This document shows positions 61,372 to 64,000 of a DNA stretch of 64,000 nucleotides, piece by piece. Position 1 is the first letter of the stretch. The number at the start of each line of letters is the position of its first letter. Source of the stretch: Chiloscyllium plagiosum (lineage: Eukaryota); contig NC_057728.1 in NCBI RefSeq assembly GCF_004010195.1, positions 54,656,719 to 54,720,718 of the forward strand, in the 5' to 3' direction. The position numbers and the translations under genes were made by a program. The notes under the pieces are model-generated. The model worked only from the letters and a program-made list of their open reading frames with translations, ran no database searches and was not told the origin of the DNA.

Positions 61372-61455
61372 CAAAAATCACACAACACCAGGTCACAGAC
61401 CAAAAGGTTTATTTGAAATCACAAGCTTTCAGAGCTCCCGTTCCTTCCTCAGATA
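61372..61455 (-). mobile_element. Penelope-like terminal fragment with hammerhead-like core
   Basis: Minus strand CTGAGGA-A-GGAACGGGAGCTCT-GAAA-GC-TT followed by ...aataaacc...cctggtgttgtgtgattttt, the same tail as at 26862-26916. Confidence 0.55.
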
Positions 61456-62344
61456 CAGAACACAGAACTTATAAGTAAAAGATCTAAGGGTCGTACAATT
61501 TATGCAAATGTATTGAACAAACCTAGATGGCTATTAATTCTTTGATCAGTTAGAACGGAGGTGCAAGTTTTGAATGATTAATATGTAAATCCCTGCCCCA
61601 AGATAGAATCAGACAAATCTTTGAAGGGGAAAATCAGTAAGACAATTGAAAGAAAGCCTGAGGGAAATGGGATAAATTAAGATCATAAGAAATTGGAACA
61701 GATGTAGGCCATTCTGCCCCTTAAGTCTGTTCTGCCATTCAGTAGGATCATGGCTCACGTTCACTTTCCTGCCCTTTCTCCATAACCCTTGATTCCAGAC
61801 TGACCAATAATATATCTATCTCAGCCTTATGTTATACAGAAGGACTCAGCTCCCCCGGTTCTCTGTGACAAGGAGTTCCAAAGGTTCACAACCTTCTGGG
61901 AGGAGAAATTTCTTCTCATCTCAGTCTTAAATTGGTGCACCTTTAATCTGAAACTATGTTCTCTGGACCTAGACTGTCCCATGAGGAGAAACATCGTCTC
62001 TGCATTTACCCTGTCAAGCACCTTAAGAATCCTTCCAAAAGCCAGCACAATTGTCCAAATGAGCTTCATTCTTGTGTTGTATCATTCTATAAGTGTTGGG
62101 ATCGTGTTTCATTCCTCAGCTCCAATGGTTTCCTGATTTCAGTCATGTTTCGATCAAATATTTCCTATATTTTTCTTCAAGGAGATGAGTATTCCTGACA
62201 ATTATTGCCCATTACTAATTGTCCTTGGTGGTGTTATTTTAATGATAACGGTGTGATCAAACCCTCACAAGAAATTGATAAACTCAATAGGTTTTAGTTT
62301 ATGTAGAATAATAGAACACATTGTATCATAGGAAGACACAGGTC

Positions 62345-62762
62345 TTATGAAGAAATTTTGAGGGAGCTAGGGCTTTCCTCATTGGAGTGAAGAAGGATGA
62401 GAGGTGACTTGATAGAGGTGTACAAGATGTTGAAAGGCATAGATAGAGTGGATAACCAGAGACTTTTTCCCAGGACAGAAATGGCTATCACATGGGGCAT
62501 AATTTTAAGATGATTGGAGGAAGATTTAGGGGAGATGTCAGAGGTGAGTTCTTTACACAGAAATTGGTGGGTGCATGGAATGAACTGCCAGCAGTGGTAG
62601 CAGAGTCAGGTATATTAGGGACATTTAAGCAACTCTTGGATAGGCACATGGATGATAATAAATGAAGAGTATGCAGTTAGTTTGATCTTAGAGTAGGATA
62701 AAAGGTCAGCACAACATCAAGGGCTGAAGGGCCTGTACTGTGCTGTGCTGTTCTCTGTTCTA
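62345..62762 (+). mobile_element. CR1-type LINE 3' fragment
   Basis: LGLSSLE*RRMRGDLIEVYKML; tail gggcctgtactgtgctgt. Confidence 0.8.
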
Positions 62763-63173
62763 CATACATTACTAGTTATGAAGCAGACATTACAGCAAAC
62801 CAACCAACTTTTGTGTGTATTGCAGTTTGCAAGCCCACAGCAGACAGTCAGGCAGAATCACAACATTGTATACACACAGCACATGACAAAATGAATGCTC
62901 TTCAAGGCAAAGTGCATGTACAGCAGGTGATGAGCTGCCAATCCACAAGGAAGGTAAATTGAAGAGAGGGTAATCACTGAGACAGATACATTTATCTGAC
63001 AGACTTGTGAGAGCCTTGACAGAGAACTCTCTGAGGCAAAGATAAGATGTGGGTTAGAAGAATGTTAAGGAGAGAATGTGCAAGAGGCAAATAATCTAAT
63101 ACACTTCTTTATTAAATTATTATAATTAAAAAGCATTACTCTTTTAATCCTAACAAATGTTCTGTTTTCCTAG

Positions 63174-63251
63174 AACCCTGTAATTGGAGGAGCAAGCATT
63201 CTCAATCCTGATATTGCGTTAACAAATGGGGTTATGCACATTATTGATAAG
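63174..63251 (+). CDS. STAB2: STAB2 window-exon 26 (FAS1-3, H2 motif)
   Basis: ttcctag|AAC..AAG|gtaagg; NPVIGGASILNPDIALTNGVMHIIDK; 78 nt. Confidence 0.93.
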
Positions 63252-64000
63252 GTAAGGTCAACTTCATGAGTACAATTCGCATTTCAAATTTTATGTTGCC
63301 ATATTTCCCCAAAGCAGTAGAATTGATGTATATTGTGAATAATGTTATATAAAGATGTCCTCCTTTGGACTTATTTGGTCAAAAGAAACAGGTGACAAAA
63401 GTGTCAATTTTGCAAATTCATGTCTTGCACCTCCAGGAGCACCTGAAATGGGTCCACCTTCAATGTTGGGTCAGCCAATGTTTCAGGCATTCCTGGTGGT
63501 CACCTATGACAGGACTTGCTCATGTTGTGTCAGATAATGGGGATGCCTTATTGTGGTACCCCAAGCAAAATGAATCCTGGGCCTACTATGTTCAGGATTA
63601 CCCGCTGTGGTGGTGGCCTAGCAAGTGGCCAGCATCAAAAGTGCTTCAGGGAAAAATATTTTTAACAGTTTGAGGTAGAGCCAGGACCATATTCAAATGA
63701 GACCTGATACCCAATTTAGTATGAGATATGGCTTCCTCTTCCAAACATATTCCATCTGTATTCCTTTGGATCTACATGAGAGATCAGACTATAACTGTAT
63801 CTACTTATTTATACTCTTTGCAGTATTAAACTTGGTTCTTTTCTTTCTTAACGCTGGACATCTTTCCCTGTTTAAATTTATTCCCATATCCATTATGACA
63901 TGTCACCCTTATGAACACACCACAAGTTGATTTTTGAACATCAACTGAGGCATTCAAGAGGGCATTGGATGATTACTCGGTTAGGAAAGGTGTACGAGGA

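Larger units (their letters stand above)
1559..63251 (+). other. STAB2: Stabilin-2 (HARE) gene, internal part: 26 coding exons, ~965 aa; 5' and 3' ends outside the window
   Basis: Spliced exons give a continuous ORF with stabilin domain order EGFx-FAS1-FAS1-EGFx-FAS1. Motifs [49 protein letters not shown] and [10 protein letters not shown] match my recollection of human STAB2 better than STAB1. Probably equivalent to about human exons 6-31 (recalled, not verified). Confidence 0.9.

Noticed and set aside
1559..63251. Assignment as STAB1
   Set aside because: The diagnostic stretches ([45 protein letters not shown]) fit STAB2 better by recollection, although a phylogeny is still needed.
63330..63690. 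Overlapping short ORFs after the last exon, as a possible further exon
   Set aside because: No stabilin-like translation (expected VL-x-P continuation) and no convincing splice sites; probably ancient repeat debris, like the unexplained stretches at 11280-11540 and 15255-15480.

Overview
This is eukaryotic genomic DNA, most likely from a shark (elasmobranch), judged from HE1-type V-SINEs and CR1/HER1-type LINE fragments. The whole window lies inside one plus-strand gene, a stabilin best matching STAB2 (stabilin-2/HARE). I traced 26 consecutive internal coding exons from 1559 to 63251, totalling 2897 nt (about 965 codons). All have AG/GT boundaries, compatible phases and no stop codons. They encode an EGF cluster, two FAS1 domains, a second EGF cluster and a third FAS1 domain; the start and stop lie outside the window. 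The introns are dominated by repeats: about 19 HE1-like SINEs, many CR1/L2-type LINE fragments, a 2.1 kb Rex1/Babar LINE, a decayed Ty3/Gypsy gag+integrase relic, a Tigger-like MITE and a ~2.8 kb 53-bp minisatellite. The most interesting signal is four different short repeat families, probably Penelope-like, that share a minimal type-I hammerhead ribozyme architecture (CUGANGA-stem II-GAAA-palindromic NN-UH), form fold-back structures and nest in one another with 11-14 bp target-site duplications. Family names come from recalled sequences, not database searches. Almost all ORFs in the supplied track are spurious or transposon debris.
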